Assembly (NCBI GenBank): GCA_041577295.1
Contig: JBFGJG010000037.1
Location: forward strand, 1-40,366
From: Gemmatimonadales bacterium
GTDB taxonomy: Bacteria; Gemmatimonadota; Gemmatimonadetes; Gemmatimonadales; GWC2-71-9
Direction of reading: 5' to 3'
DNA: 40,366 nt
The position numbers were made by a program, and so were the translations under genes. Positions 9,593 to 20,059 of the stretch are shown piece after piece. Each line of letters begins with the position of its first letter. Positions within the stretch are counted from its first letter, which is position 1. Under the pieces are notes generated by a model, which was given only the letters and a program-made list of their open reading frames with translations, was not told the DNA's origin and searched no databases.

Positions 9593-11395
9593 ATGCGACA
9601 AGACCGCATTCGCAATTTCTGCATCGTCGCCCACATCGACCATGGAAAGTCGACCCTCGCCGACCGTCTCATAGAGGCGACGGCGACGTTGGAGAAGCGC
9701 CGTATGCGCGAACAGGTCCTGGACACCATGGACCTCGAGCGCGAGCGGGGTATCACCATCAAGCTGAACGCCGTGCGGATGTTTCACACAGCGAGTGATG
9801 GTGAGCAGTACGAGCTGAACCTGATCGACACGCCAGGTCACGTCGACTTCACCTATGAAGTCTCCCGCTCCCTGAATGCATGCGAAGGAGCGATCCTCGT
9901 GGTGGACGCGAGCCAGGGGATCGAGGCACAGACGATCAGCAATCTCTTTTTGGCGTTGGACGCCGGTCTCGAGATCATCCCGGTCCTCAACAAGATCGAT
10001 CTCCCAGCCGCCGAGCCAGATCGGCACGCGAAGGACTTGGAAGAGCTACTCGGCGTGCCGTCCGACGAGATTCTCTCGGTGTCCGCCAAGGAGGGAACCG
10101 GAATCTCCGCCTTGCTCGAGGCCGTGGTGCAGCGGGTGCCACCACCGAGCGGTGATCCCGAAGCGCCCCTGCGAGCGCTCATCTTCGATTCCTATTACGA
10201 CCGGTATCGGGGCGCTATTCCCAGCATCCGCGTCGTCGATGGGCGGATCCAACCGCGCATGACCGTCTGTTTCGGGGCGCATCCGGAGGACCAATACGAG
10301 GTCGCCGAGGTGGGCTACCTCCAACTCGGACAACGTCCCACCGATATGCTCGAAGCCGGAGAGGTGGGATACGTCGTTGCCAACGTGCGCGGTGTCCGGG
10401 ACACCCGGGTCGGCGATACGGTGCTCGACTCAACACGGCTGGCGAAGCAGATGCTCCCGGGGTACCGCGAGGTCCACCCGATGGTCTTTGCCGGTCTCTA
10501 CCCCACCGACGCCAATCAGTACGAGGAACTGCGAGACGCGCTCGAGAAGCTGCAGCTCAACGACGCGTCCCTCCAGTATGAGCCCGAAACGTCGGTGGCG
10601 CTCGGGTTTGGGTTCCGCTGTGGATTCCTGGGGCTGCTCCACATGGACATCGTACGCGAGCGTCTGTCGCGCGAGTTCGATCTCGACCTCATTACCACCG
10701 TGCCCAACGTGGAGTATCACGTTTACCGGGCAGACAGCAGCATGGTGGTTATCGAGAACCCCACCAAGATGCCCGCCGTTGCCGAGATCGAACGAATCGA
10801 AGAGCCCTACGTCAAGGCTCGGATCACGGCCCCGGCGGACTACATCGGCGCCATCATGAAGCTGGGCCAGGAACGCCGCGGTGAGTACCTTGGCATGCAC
10901 TATCTCGATCCGACACGGGTGCAATTCGAGTGGGAGTTCCCGTTGGCGGAAATCATTCTCGACTTCTTCGATCGGTTGAAGACCGTGTCACGCGGCTATG
11001 CGGCGATGGACTACGAGCTCGCGGCGTACCGCCCCAACGACCTGGTCAAGCTCGACACGCTCATCAACGGGGACCCGATCGATGCCTTTAGCGTCGTCAT
11101 TCACAAGACGAAAGCCTACGAATGGGGGAGGAAGTTGGCGGAGAAGCTCAAAGAGCTGATCCCCCGGCAACTGTTCGAGGTCGTGATTCAGGCAGCCGTC
11201 GGGTCGCGTGTGATCGCGCGCGAAACCATTCGCCCGTTGCGCAAGAATGTTACAGCCAAATGTTACGGTGGTGACGTTACCCGAAAGCGCAAGCTGCTCG
11301 AGAAACAACGAGAGGGAAAGCGACGCATGAAGCAGGTGGGCGTGGTCGAGATTCCGCAGGAGGCGTTTCTGGCCGTTCTGCAGGTGGACTCGTGA
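9593..11395 (+). CDS. lepA: Elongation factor 4 (LepA)
   Basis: [65 protein letters not shown]. Start moved to ATG 9593 (600 aa). Confidence 0.98.
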   Translation: MRQDRIRNFCIVAHIDHGKSTLADRLIEATATLEKRRMREQVLDTMDLERERGITIKLNAVRMFHTASDGEQYELNLIDTPGHVDFTYEVSRSLNACEGAILVVDASQGIEAQTISNLFLALDAGLEIIPVLNKIDLPAAEPDRHAKDLEELLGVPSDEILSVSAKEGTGISALLEAVVQRVPPPSGDPEAPLRALIFDSYYDRYRGAIPSIRVVDGRIQPRMTVCFGAHPEDQYEVAEVGYLQLGQRPTDMLEAGEVGYVVANVRGVRDTRVGDTVLDSTRLAKQMLPGYREVHPMVFAGLYPTDANQYEELRDALEKLQLNDASLQYEPETSVALGFGFRCGFLGLLHMDIVRERLSREFDLDLITTVPNVEYHVYRADSSMVVIENPTKMPAVAEIERIEEPYVKARITAPADYIGAIMKLGQERRGEYLGMHYLDPTRVQFEWEFPLAEIILDFFDRLKTVSRGYAAMDYELAAYRPNDLVKLDTLINGDPIDAFSVVIHKTKAYEWGRKLAEKLKELIPRQLFEVVIQAAVGSRVIARETIRPLRKNVTAKCYGGDVTRKRKLLEKQREGKRRMKQVGVVEIPQEAFLAVLQVDS

Positions 11396-12393
11396 TGACG
11401 GCCACAAAGCGTCCCATGATTGTCGGTGTCGACGTGGGCGGCACGAACGTCGTGGTGGGCACGGTGCCGGAGGGCGGCGGACCGTTATACGGACTGCGCA
11501 AAGAGCCGACAGCGGTCTCGGAGGGTGCGGATGGCGTGGTGTCGCAGATTGTTCGTATGGTGGACGGTTCCGTGAACGATACCCGCGCGACCATTAATGC
11601 CGTGGGCATCGACGTGGTCGGAGTGGGGATGGGCGCGCCAGGCCCGCTCGATCGACAGCGTGGTGTGGTGCTCACCACTCCCAACCTTGGGTGGCGAAAC
11701 TTCCCGCTGCGTGATCGGGTGGCGGCGGCGGTCGGCCTACCGACCGCGCTCGAGAATGATGCGAACTGCGCCATCTTCGGCGAGTGGTGGCAGGGTGCGG
11801 CCAAGGGGGCGCGACACGTCATCGGATTGACCATCGGCACGGGCATCGGCGGCGGGATCGTGTTGAACGGCGATATCTATCATGGAACGAGTGATATCGC
11901 GGGCGAGTTCGGCCACATGACCATCGATCCCTCCGGGCGGAAATGCGGCTGTGGTAACTACGGATGCCTCGAGGCGTACGCCTCCGGCCCCGCGATCGCC
12001 AAGCGGGCACTCGAAGGTCTCGAGGTTGGCGAAGCCTCGGACCTTCCAAAGTACGTTGACGGCGACGTGTCATCTCTCTCGGCGCAGGTGGTCTACGAAG
12101 CGGCGCACGCCGGCGACGCATTCGCTCAAGAGGTCGTCAGAGAGACTGCGCGCGTGCTCGGCGCCGGAATCGGGAGCCTCCTCAACATCTTCAATCCCGA
12201 GGTCGTGGTGATCTGCGGCGGGGTCACGCTGGCAGGCGACCTCCTCTTCGTTCCGCTCGCCGCCGAAGTCAAGCGCCGCGCGTTCCGCGCGGCGGTCGAT
12301 GTGTGCCGTATCGTTCCCGGCGCCCTGCCTGGGACGGCCGGCGTCTACGGCGCGGTTGCTGCGTTCACCGTGCAGACGCGGGGCAGCGTGTGA
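11392..12393 (+). CDS. ROK family sugar kinase (glucokinase-like)
   Basis: GVDVGGT, ENDANCA, GTGIGGG, and the Zn motif GEFGH...[10 protein letters not shown]. No N-terminal HTH. Confidence 0.9.
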   Translation: MMTATKRPMIVGVDVGGTNVVVGTVPEGGGPLYGLRKEPTAVSEGADGVVSQIVRMVDGSVNDTRATINAVGIDVVGVGMGAPGPLDRQRGVVLTTPNLGWRNFPLRDRVAAAVGLPTALENDANCAIFGEWWQGAAKGARHVIGLTIGTGIGGGIVLNGDIYHGTSDIAGEFGHMTIDPSGRKCGCGNYGCLEAYASGPAIAKRALEGLEVGEASDLPKYVDGDVSSLSAQVVYEAAHAGDAFAQEVVRETARVLGAGIGSLLNIFNPEVVVICGGVTLAGDLLFVPLAAEVKRRAFRAAVDVCRIVPGALPGTAGVYGAVAAFTVQTRGSV

Positions 12394-13340
12394 GGCGTCT
12401 CGGTGTCATCGGGACAATGGTATGGGACACGATCTATCGCGATGGCACACCAACGCGGCCGGTTGAGGAGTGGGGAGGGATTGCCTATGCCTTGGCTGCG
12501 CTCGAAGCGAGCCTGCCACACGACTGGGAGATCGTGCCGCTCATCAAGGTTGGGCGCGACCTGTCCCGGCAGGCCAATGACTTTTTGCACGCCCTCTCCA
12601 AGCGGACTGGCGCAGCGCGCTTCGTGGAGGTCCCTCAACCCAACAACCGGGTGACGCTGCATTATGCCGATGCGGTACGCCGCACAGAACGCCTCACGGG
12701 AGGAGTTCCACCATGGTCATGGGCCGAGCTTGGCCCGATGGTGCGGGATCTCGATGTCATCTACGTCAACTTCATTTCCGGTTTCGAGCTCGACCTAGAG
12801 GTCGCGCAACAGCTGCGACACGCGTTCGCCGGCCCCTTGTACGCCGACATCCACAGCCTGCTGCTCGCGGTGGAGTGTGACGGAACGCGGACGCCGCGTC
12901 CGCTTCCTCGTGCGTGGGAGTGGTTTGCATGTTTCGACGTTGTACAACTCAATGAAGAAGAGCTCGCACTCATCGGTGATGATCCAATGACGGTGGCGGC
13001 CGCGGCGCTGACACAAGGGGTCCGTCTGCTGGTCGTCACACTGGGTGAGCGGGGTGCGGTCTACTTCACGAGCCCGCCGTTTCAGCTGTTCGAGCGCCGC
13101 TCCGCGAGCGACGCCAACCCCATCCGCACCGCGCGCATTCCGGCCGAGGCCGATGTGGAGGTGCGAGACCCCACCGGGTGCGGAGACGTGTTCGGTGCAA
13201 CGCTCGTGGCCGAGTTGATCGCCAACTCGGACGTCGAGCCGGCCCTCCGCCGGGCGAATCGATTCGCCGGGCGCAACGTGCAGTATCATGGAGCGACGAA
13301 CCTGCAGTACCACCTCCGTGGAGAGATCGTGCCGCAATGA
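12390..13340 (+). CDS. PfkB/ribokinase family carbohydrate kinase
   Basis: WGGIAY, LNEEE, VTLGERGA, DPTGCGDVF anion hole. GTG start overlaps the ROK stop (GTGA). Confidence 0.82.
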   Translation: MRRLGVIGTMVWDTIYRDGTPTRPVEEWGGIAYALAALEASLPHDWEIVPLIKVGRDLSRQANDFLHALSKRTGAARFVEVPQPNNRVTLHYADAVRRTERLTGGVPPWSWAELGPMVRDLDVIYVNFISGFELDLEVAQQLRHAFAGPLYADIHSLLLAVECDGTRTPRPLPRAWEWFACFDVVQLNEEELALIGDDPMTVAAAALTQGVRLLVVTLGERGAVYFTSPPFQLFERRSASDANPIRTARIPAEADVEVRDPTGCGDVFGATLVAELIANSDVEPALRRANRFAGRNVQYHGATNLQYHLRGEIVPQ

Positions 13341-14230
13341 CCCGTGTGGTGGAGGTGCCGACCCAGTTCGACGATCGCACGTTCGACCAGTTTGCCAAAG
13401 CGTTGGGCGAGATCGATGATCGGCGCATTCTCTTTGACGCCCACGCCACCAAGTGGGCCTCACCCTTCGGGTTGGTGGGCCTCCTCGTGGCGGGACAGGC
13501 GGCGGGCGCGCACGGAGGCGAACGCCCCCTCCTCACTGCCCCCAACGACCCCAAAGTGGTGAGCTACTGGGGGCGTGCGGGCTTCTTCCAGCATGCGAAC
13601 GACCTCTTTGAGATTCACGGCAAGGTGCCGCGCACCGCGCCCGCGCATTCGTCGGAAGTGCTGCTGGTTATCACCCCGGTCCGCGGGACGGATGACGTGC
13701 ACGCGGTGGTCGAGAGGATCCAGGAACGTTCTGCGTCGATCCTGACCGGCGAGCTCGCCCTCGATAGCTCGGCCACCATGGGATTCGCTATGGCGCTTTC
13801 GGAGGCGTGCCAAAATATTGTAGAGCACGCCGGCACGTCGGGTTGGGTGGGCGTCCAGGCGTACACATGGAAGCGCCGTCTCGGAAAGCGGGTGGTCGTG
13901 ATCGCCGTGGCCGACGCGGGAATCGGATTTCGGCGGTCCCTCGAAGCCACCCAAGCCAGCCGGTTCGGTGACCGGTGGGGCGACGCCACGGCCCTCGAGG
14001 CCGCTCTCTTTCACAATGCCAGCCGTTTCCGTGAGGCGGGGCGCGGACAGGGATTGGCGGGAATCAGCCGGTATCTGAACCGCTGGTCCGGCAAACTCAG
14101 CCTCCGAAGCGGCTCAGCACGAATCGCCATCGTTCCCTCGTGGGACGACGACGTTCCATTACGTGATGGACTACCGCCGTTCCCTGGCAGCCAGGTACTC
14201 ATGATCATTCCGGCACAAGACCCCTCATGA
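13337..14230 (+). CDS. STAS-like + GHKL ATPase protein (RsbW/SpoIIAB-like kinase)
   Basis: N box SEACQNIVEHA, G1 VADAGIG, G2 GRGQGL, no recognisable H-box. The N-terminal ~90 aa look STAS-like. ATGA overlap with the upstream gene. Confidence 0.7.
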   Translation: MTRVVEVPTQFDDRTFDQFAKALGEIDDRRILFDAHATKWASPFGLVGLLVAGQAAGAHGGERPLLTAPNDPKVVSYWGRAGFFQHANDLFEIHGKVPRTAPAHSSEVLLVITPVRGTDDVHAVVERIQERSASILTGELALDSSATMGFAMALSEACQNIVEHAGTSGWVGVQAYTWKRRLGKRVVVIAVADAGIGFRRSLEATQASRFGDRWGDATALEAALFHNASRFREAGRGQGLAGISRYLNRWSGKLSLRSGSARIAIVPSWDDDVPLRDGLPPFPGSQVLMIIPAQDPS

Positions 14231-14769
14231 TGGGAATGCATCTGATCGACGTGAAGGCCGTCCTGCAGCGGACCGTGTCCAGCATGTACGGCGACCTCGT
14301 GACGCGGCCGACGGGCAAGGCCGTGCGCGGAGGCATCGAAGAGGCCTTGGCAGGGATCGGGGACGAGCACGCTGCCGTGATCGACTTCAGCGACGTGCGA
14401 TGCCTGGATATTTCGTGCGCGGATGAGATCGTTGGCAAGCTGCTCATCGAGCACGGATCGGTGCGCTATCTCCTGCTTCACGGCGTGTCCGTCGCACACT
14501 GCGAGGCGATCCAACAGGTGCTCGAGCGCCACGGCCTCGCCGTGGTTGCACGTGACCGTGACGGCCGGCTTCAACTGCTCGGACCGATGGGCGACCTGGT
14601 TCGTCGCGTTTTCGGTATTCTTTCGGTGTACGGGAAGGCGCGGGTCGAGGAGGTAGCGGCGCGTCTCGCCGTCGAGCCGGCCGCGGCGCAAGAAGCGCTT
14701 GAGGATCTCTGCCACCGACGACTCGCCCATAAGAGCGCGGACCTGTTCGCGGCGCTCAATCTCCCGTGA
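14227..14769 (+). CDS. STAS-like (DUF4325-type) protein with C-terminal winged HTH
   Basis: VIDFSDVRCLDISCADEIV resembles the STAS phosphoacceptor loop. C-terminal ARVEEVAARLAVEPAAAQEALEDLCHRRL is HTH-like. Coupled to neighbours on both sides. Confidence 0.6.
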   Translation: MMGMHLIDVKAVLQRTVSSMYGDLVTRPTGKAVRGGIEEALAGIGDEHAAVIDFSDVRCLDISCADEIVGKLLIEHGSVRYLLLHGVSVAHCEAIQQVLERHGLAVVARDRDGRLQLLGPMGDLVRRVFGILSVYGKARVEEVAARLAVEPAAAQEALEDLCHRRLAHKSADLFAALNLP

Positions 14770-15929
14770 TGCGGCTCAACGCGGGCGCCTCGACCAAGTC
14801 GGTGCATGGGGTCCCCCACGTGCTCCCGGAACGATCACCCGTTTCCACCCCCGTGTACCAGAGCACGACCTTCGTCAATCCGGTTGGTTCGGGCGACGAC
14901 CTCATCTACACACGATACGGCAACAACCCCAATCAACGCGCACTCGCGGAAAAGCTCGCTGCGCTGGAGGGAGCGGAGCTGGCCATTTTTCTGGCGAGCG
15001 GCATGGCGGCCACGGCGCTTGCGCACATGGCGATCCTCCGGCCCGGAGATCACCTCCTCTCGAGCGAATGGATCTACGGGGGAACTCGGCGCCTCTTCGA
15101 GCAAGAGTTTGGCAAGCTGGGCATCGAGGTGACGTTCGTCGATCCGTCCGAAGCGCGTAACTGGCGGCGATCGGCCAGGCGCAACACGCGGGCGATCTTC
15201 CTCGAGACGCCCACCAACCCGCTGATGCGCGTTCTCGATCTAGAGCCCATCGCGTCATTGTGCCGCGGCGAGGGCATGGCGCTCCTCGTGGACTCGACGT
15301 TCGCATCACCCATTAACTTCCGACCGCTGGAGTTCGGCGCGGATGTGGTGATCCACAGCGCCACGAAGTACTTGAATGGGCACTCCGACGTGATCGCCGG
15401 GGCGGTGGCGGGCAGCGAAGCGGTCATTGAGGAGATGCGCCGGTTGCTCATGGTCTGGGGCCAGGCCATCGACCCGCACGCCGCGTGGCTGGTCGAGCGA
15501 GGGCTCAAGACCCTCGCCGTCCGGATGCAGCGGCACAACGCCAACGGGATGGCGTTCGCCGCGTGGGCCGCGGAGCACGACGAAGTGGACTGCGTGCACT
15601 ACCCGGGGCTCGGTTCCCACACCGATCACGAGGTGGCCGCACGCACCATGCAGGGGTATGGCGGCGTCGTCGGGCTCACGCTCAAGGGAGGACCCAAAAT
15701 CCTCGACCGTGTGCTTCGGAAGCTCAAGCTCTGTACGCATGCGCCGAGTCTCGGCGGGGTGGAAACCTTGGTGTCGGAACCGCGGTTCACGTCGCACGCG
15801 GATATCTCCCCCGCAGCCAGAGCTGCCCAAGGAATCCCGGACGGATTCCTCCGCGTCAGCCTGGGGATCGAAGACGTGGACGACATCATCGCCGATTTCG
15901 AGCAGGCGTTCAGCGCAGCGCAGTCGTGA
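14766..15929 (+). CDS. PLP-dependent Cys/Met metabolism enzyme (cystathionine gamma-lyase/synthase family)
   Basis: YTRYGNNP, ASGMAA, ETPTNP, VDSTF, HSATKYLNGHSD (PLP lysine), SLGGVE, RVSLGIED. Confidence 0.9.
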   Translation: MMRLNAGASTKSVHGVPHVLPERSPVSTPVYQSTTFVNPVGSGDDLIYTRYGNNPNQRALAEKLAALEGAELAIFLASGMAATALAHMAILRPGDHLLSSEWIYGGTRRLFEQEFGKLGIEVTFVDPSEARNWRRSARRNTRAIFLETPTNPLMRVLDLEPIASLCRGEGMALLVDSTFASPINFRPLEFGADVVIHSATKYLNGHSDVIAGAVAGSEAVIEEMRRLLMVWGQAIDPHAAWLVERGLKTLAVRMQRHNANGMAFAAWAAEHDEVDCVHYPGLGSHTDHEVAARTMQGYGGVVGLTLKGGPKILDRVLRKLKLCTHAPSLGGVETLVSEPRFTSHADISPAARAAQGIPDGFLRVSLGIEDVDDIIADFEQAFSAAQS

Positions 15930-16621
15930 TCCGTTTCGACGGGGTCTTCAAGGCCTATCCCAAAGGCGTCCTCGCACTGAAGGAAGTCACTTTCCACGTC
16001 GCGAAAGGCGAGTTCGTGTTCCTGACGGGCCACTCGGGAGCCGGGAAGTCGACAGTCTTGCGGCTCGTCTACGCGGAGGAGTTGCCAACCTCGGGCGAGG
16101 TCCGGGTTTCCGGCTTCTCCACCGCACGGCTCATGCGGCGCGAGGTCCCCAGGCTGCGGCGACGCATCGGGATCGTCTTCCAGGACTTTCGCTTACTCGA
16201 AGATCGAACCGCAGAAGAAAATGTGGCGTTCGCACTCGAGGTGACCGGCGCCCGCCGGAGCATCATCGCTCCGAAAGCCACGCGAGTCTTGGCGCAGGTG
16301 GGGCTGGCGGCAAAATCCCAAGCGTACCCGCGCGAGCTCTCGGGCGGAGAGCAGCAACGGGTGGCCATTGCCCGCGCGCTGGTCAATGACCCGCCAGTAC
16401 TGCTCGCGGACGAGCCAACCGGCAATCTCGACGAGCGCGCGTCTCGCGGGGTTTTTCAGTTGCTCCGTGACATCAACGCCAACGGCACCGCGGTCGTCAT
16501 GGCCACCCACGATCTCGACATCGTACGACAGACCAACTATCGCGTGATCGAGCTCCAGGATGGCGCGGTCGTGTTCGATTCCGCAGTGGACGAGCCCGAG
16601 CGCGGGAGAGCCGTACGATGA
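15926..16621 (+). CDS. ftsE: Cell division ATP-binding protein FtsE
   Basis: [37 protein letters not shown]; directly upstream of ftsX. Start moved to GTG 15926. Confidence 0.93.
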   Translation: MIRFDGVFKAYPKGVLALKEVTFHVAKGEFVFLTGHSGAGKSTVLRLVYAEELPTSGEVRVSGFSTARLMRREVPRLRRRIGIVFQDFRLLEDRTAEENVAFALEVTGARRSIIAPKATRVLAQVGLAAKSQAYPRELSGGEQQRVAIARALVNDPPVLLADEPTGNLDERASRGVFQLLRDINANGTAVVMATHDLDIVRQTNYRVIELQDGAVVFDSAVDEPERGRAVR

Positions 16622-17475
16622 GACTCGTGATGCGCGAAGCACTCCTTTCATTCCGCCGATCCCCGGCGCTCTCCGCGCTGTCAGTGACCACGATCGCCTT
16701 TGCGTTGTTCGTGTTCGGACTCTTCGCTCTCACAGCGCTCAACCTCCGCAACGCCCTCACACAGGTCGAAGAGCGGGTCGAGATCGTGATGTACCTGATG
16801 CGCGGCACGCCAGTCGAGGCCGCGACCATGGCGATCGGGGACATCGAGAGCTTTCCCGAGGTGAGCACCGTCACGTTCGTCACCGAGGATCAGGCACTGG
16901 ACCGAGCACGGAGGGAACTCGTGGAGCTCCAGGGCGTGTTCGACGATCTCTCGGCAAACCCGCTACCCGCTTCGCTGGAGATCCGGCTGGCACCGGGCTA
17001 TCGGGATGTCACGCACGTGCGTGCGGTCGCCGAGCGACTGCGCGGATTTCGCTTTGCGGAAGACATCCGGTTTGGTGACGATTGGGTGACCAAGCTCGAT
17101 CGCCTGCGCAACGTGGCCGGTGCGGTTGGCTTCGTCATCGGAGGGGCATTCGCGGTCGCAGCGGTCATCATCATCGGTACCACCATTCGCATGTCGGTCA
17201 TGCACCGGAGCCGGGAGATCGAGATCATGCGGTTGGTGGGCGCCACTGACGGCTTCATCCGACGCCCGTTTCTGGTCGACGGTGCCATCAAAGGCAGCCT
17301 CGGTGGCACCATCGCGATCGGCCTGTGCTACGCTGCCTTCGTGTTGCTGGCCAATAATGTGCTGCAGGGCAGTTTCTTTTCGACGCAGCAAGCGACTCTC
17401 CTGGTGCTTGCCGGAATGGCCCTCGGCCTCGCGGCAAGCTCGCTGAGTGTCGGTCGGCACCTGCGCAAGATCTAA
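16618..17475 (+). CDS. ftsX: Cell division permease FtsX
   Basis: 4 TM segments, NPLPASLEI, REIEIMRLVGATDGFIRRPF. Confidence 0.93.
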   Translation: MRLVMREALLSFRRSPALSALSVTTIAFALFVFGLFALTALNLRNALTQVEERVEIVMYLMRGTPVEAATMAIGDIESFPEVSTVTFVTEDQALDRARRELVELQGVFDDLSANPLPASLEIRLAPGYRDVTHVRAVAERLRGFRFAEDIRFGDDWVTKLDRLRNVAGAVGFVIGGAFAVAAVIIIGTTIRMSVMHRSREIEIMRLVGATDGFIRRPFLVDGAIKGSLGGTIAIGLCYAAFVLLANNVLQGSFFSTQQATLLVLAGMALGLAASSLSVGRHLRKI

Positions 17476-18662
17476 TGACGAAAGCCGTAGTGCCTCTCCT
17501 CGTGATGGCGGTCTCCGCGGTTGGGAAGGTTCACGCCCAGGACGACATCGGGCGCCGTATCCGGGAGAATCGAGAGCGTCTCGAAGAGATCCGACGAGAG
17601 CGTTCCGAACTCGAAGACGAGCTTACGAAGCTCCGCGGCAGAGCCCACTCGATCACGAGCGAGCTTAACAACATTGAGCGGCAGAAAGCGATCACGAGCC
17701 GCATGGTGAACGAGCTCGACCGACAGATCGGGACGATGGGCTCGGAACTCGACAGCTTGACCATGGATTTGATCTTGGCCCAGGACGCGCTGGCAGAGAA
17801 GCGGGCGGTGCTCGAGAAACGGCTGGTCGACATCTACAAGCGCGGCTCGCTATGGACCGTCCAGGTGCTTCTCGCCGCGGAGACGTTCGGACAGCTGCTG
17901 AGCCGGTATAAGTACCTCTATCTGATCAGCCGCCAGGACCGCGCGTTGGTGGGCGAAGTGGAGGAGCTGCGTGACCGGATCGCGGAGCGACGCCGGCAAC
18001 ACGTCAACGTCCAACAGGAGCTGTCACGACGACGCGGTGAGCGGGGTGATGAGCTCCAACGGTATCAGCGGCTCGAGCTCCGTCGTCAACGCAGCCTACA
18101 ACAGACGCGCGCATCCGAGCAGGCAACTGCCAGACGGCTCGACGACCTTCGGCGGAACGAAGAACAGCTCGCGAGCATCCTAGCTACGCTGGAACGGGAG
18201 CGACGCGCCGCTGGCGGCGCGATCGGTGGCGGCGCCATCACAATGGCCGACCTCGCGGGACTGGACTGGCCAGTGGAGGGTCCATTGCTCTACCGCTTCG
18301 GACCCGCCGCCGGACCGGACAATACGACGATTTCGCACAACGGGATCGGTATTCGAGCATCCGTGGGCACGCCTGTGCGCGCGGTCGCCGAAGGAACCGT
18401 CGATCTCGCACGCTCACTTGGCACATGGGGACCAACGATCATCATCAACCACGGTGGCGGCTTCTACACACTCTATCTGTACCTTTCGCGCTTCGATGTG
18501 GCCCGGGGACAGCGGGTGGGCCGCGGACAGGTGATCGGCCTGTCGGGTGGGGCGAACTCGGACTTTGGCCCACATCTCGAATTTCAGATCCGCCAGGGAC
18601 AAGATGGCGGCAACCCCATCGCCTTGGACCCCCAGAACTGGCTCCGTCCGCAGCGTCGGTAG
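17475..18662 (+). CDS. envC: Murein hydrolase activator EnvC (coiled coil + degenerate M23)
   Basis: Signal peptide, long coiled coil, LytM domain with substituted metal ligands (HNGIG, YLYL, HLEF); follows ftsEX. Confidence 0.82.
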   Translation: MTKAVVPLLVMAVSAVGKVHAQDDIGRRIRENRERLEEIRRERSELEDELTKLRGRAHSITSELNNIERQKAITSRMVNELDRQIGTMGSELDSLTMDLILAQDALAEKRAVLEKRLVDIYKRGSLWTVQVLLAAETFGQLLSRYKYLYLISRQDRALVGEVEELRDRIAERRRQHVNVQQELSRRRGERGDELQRYQRLELRRQRSLQQTRASEQATARRLDDLRRNEEQLASILATLERERRAAGGAIGGGAITMADLAGLDWPVEGPLLYRFGPAAGPDNTTISHNGIGIRASVGTPVRAVAEGTVDLARSLGTWGPTIIINHGGGFYTLYLYLSRFDVARGQRVGRGQVIGLSGGANSDFGPHLEFQIRQGQDGGNPIALDPQNWLRPQRR

Positions 18663-18683
18663 CCACTTCTGTCGCAACCTTCC

Positions 18684-19397
18684 GTGAGTTCAGAGCAGTT
18701 TTTCACGTTACGGGATCTCGCACGCCAGCTGGCGTTGCCAGAGTCGACCGTGCGCTACTACCGCGATGTGTTCGCGATGTTCATCCCCACCGTCGGTCGC
18801 GGGAGACGGCGCCTCTACCCGGCGCGAGCCGCAGTCGTGCTGGGCGAGATCGCCCGCATGTACGCTGCGGGAGCAACGCGCGAGGCGATCGAATCGGCAC
18901 TCGCGGATGCACCCGAGCCCCGCACAACCACCGCCCTCGTGTCTGAGCGCAGCTCACACGTCAGCCAGGCGAGTGACGAAATGCTCACCCTCCTGGTGGA
19001 AGGCGAACGGGAACGTCGCGAGCTCACGTGGCAGATGGTCCGCGAGATCGTGCGGATCGGTGAGGCGCTCGAACGACAACATGCGGTCCTCGGAGCTCTC
19101 GTGGAACAATTGGATGGGGCAACGGGGCGTTTGCTGCCACCAGCCGAATCGGCGCTCCAGGATCAAGCCGCTCGCCAATCAACGAGCGACGCGGCGGACG
19201 AGTTGCGGACCCTCAAGGAAAAGCTCGCGGCCGAGCGCGAGCTGGTCGAACGTCTCAGACGCAGCAAGCTGGAGCTGGAACGACGAGCTGCAGCCGCCGA
19301 GAGCCAACTCGACGAGCGACAGGAAGGGCATGGCCTGGGGTCGATCTTCGCGCGGACCCGCGCCAAATCCATGCGACACGACGACCCAGGTGGGTGA
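18684..19397 (+). CDS. MerR-type HTH protein with long coiled coil
   Basis: TLRDLARQLALPESTVRYY...GRRRLY MerR HTH, then heptad-rich helices. No cysteine metal site. Confidence 0.72.
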   Translation: MSSEQFFTLRDLARQLALPESTVRYYRDVFAMFIPTVGRGRRRLYPARAAVVLGEIARMYAAGATREAIESALADAPEPRTTTALVSERSSHVSQASDEMLTLLVEGERERRELTWQMVREIVRIGEALERQHAVLGALVEQLDGATGRLLPPAESALQDQAARQSTSDAADELRTLKEKLAAERELVERLRRSKLELERRAAAAESQLDERQEGHGLGSIFARTRAKSMRHDDPGG

Positions 19398-20059
19398 GCC
19401 GAGCGACGAGGGTGGGTATCTCAGACGATCCACGACGCCGACGGATGATCCGGCGTCACTTGGCCACTCGCGGGATCGACGACCGCCGGGTGCTCGCGAC
19501 GATGGCCGCTGTACCGCGTGAGCGGTTTCTCCCGCCAAACCTGCGCGATCAGGCCTACGCCGACATGCCGCTCCCTATCGGCTACGAGCAGACCATCTCG
19601 CAACCGTACATCGTGGCACTGATGACTCAGGAGGCCGCACTCACCCGCCACAGTAAGGTGCTCGAGATCGGAACCGGAACCGGTTATCAAACGGCGGTAC
19701 TGGCCAAGATTGCCCAACACGTCTGGTCCGTCGAGCGTCTCGAGGCCCTCTCTCGGCGCGCACGACGCCGTCTGGCACACCTGGGTTTCGAGAACGTCAC
19801 GCTCGCCACGGGAGACGGAGCTCTGGGCTTGCCTGAGGCCGCACCGTTCGACGCGATTGTCGTCACGGCGGCCGCCCCCGAGGCCCCACCCCAACTGCTG
19901 GAACAGTTGGCCGTCGGCGGACGCATGGTCATTCCGCTCGGTGATGAAACGCTGCAGAACCTCACCGTCATCGAACGGACGACGAGCGGGTATCGTCAGA
20001 AGGAAGTGGCCGCCTGTCGCTTCGTTCCCCTCATCTCGACTGAAGCGTTTGGTGAATGA
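19394..20059 (+). CDS. pcm: Protein-L-isoaspartate O-methyltransferase
   Basis: VPRERF, QTISQPYIVA, VLEIGTGTGYQTA, APFDAIVVTAA, CRFVPL. Confidence 0.95.
   Translation: MSRATRVGISDDPRRRRMIRRHLATRGIDDRRVLATMAAVPRERFLPPNLRDQAYADMPLPIGYEQTISQPYIVALMTQEAALTRHSKVLEIGTGTGYQTAVLAKIAQHVWSVERLEALSRRARRRLAHLGFENVTLATGDGALGLPEAAPFDAIVVTAAAPEAPPQLLEQLAVGGRMVIPLGDETLQNLTVIERTTSGYRQKEVAACRFVPLISTEAFGE

Noticed and set aside
15485..15925. Apparent 147-aa N-terminal fusion on FtsE
   Set aside because: It is an alternative frame of the PLP-enzyme gene with Arg-rich junk composition; the true start is GTG 15926.
18240..18600. M23 domain as an active endopeptidase
   Set aside because: The Zn-ligand motifs are substituted (HNGIG, HLE), which fits the known non-catalytic EnvC.
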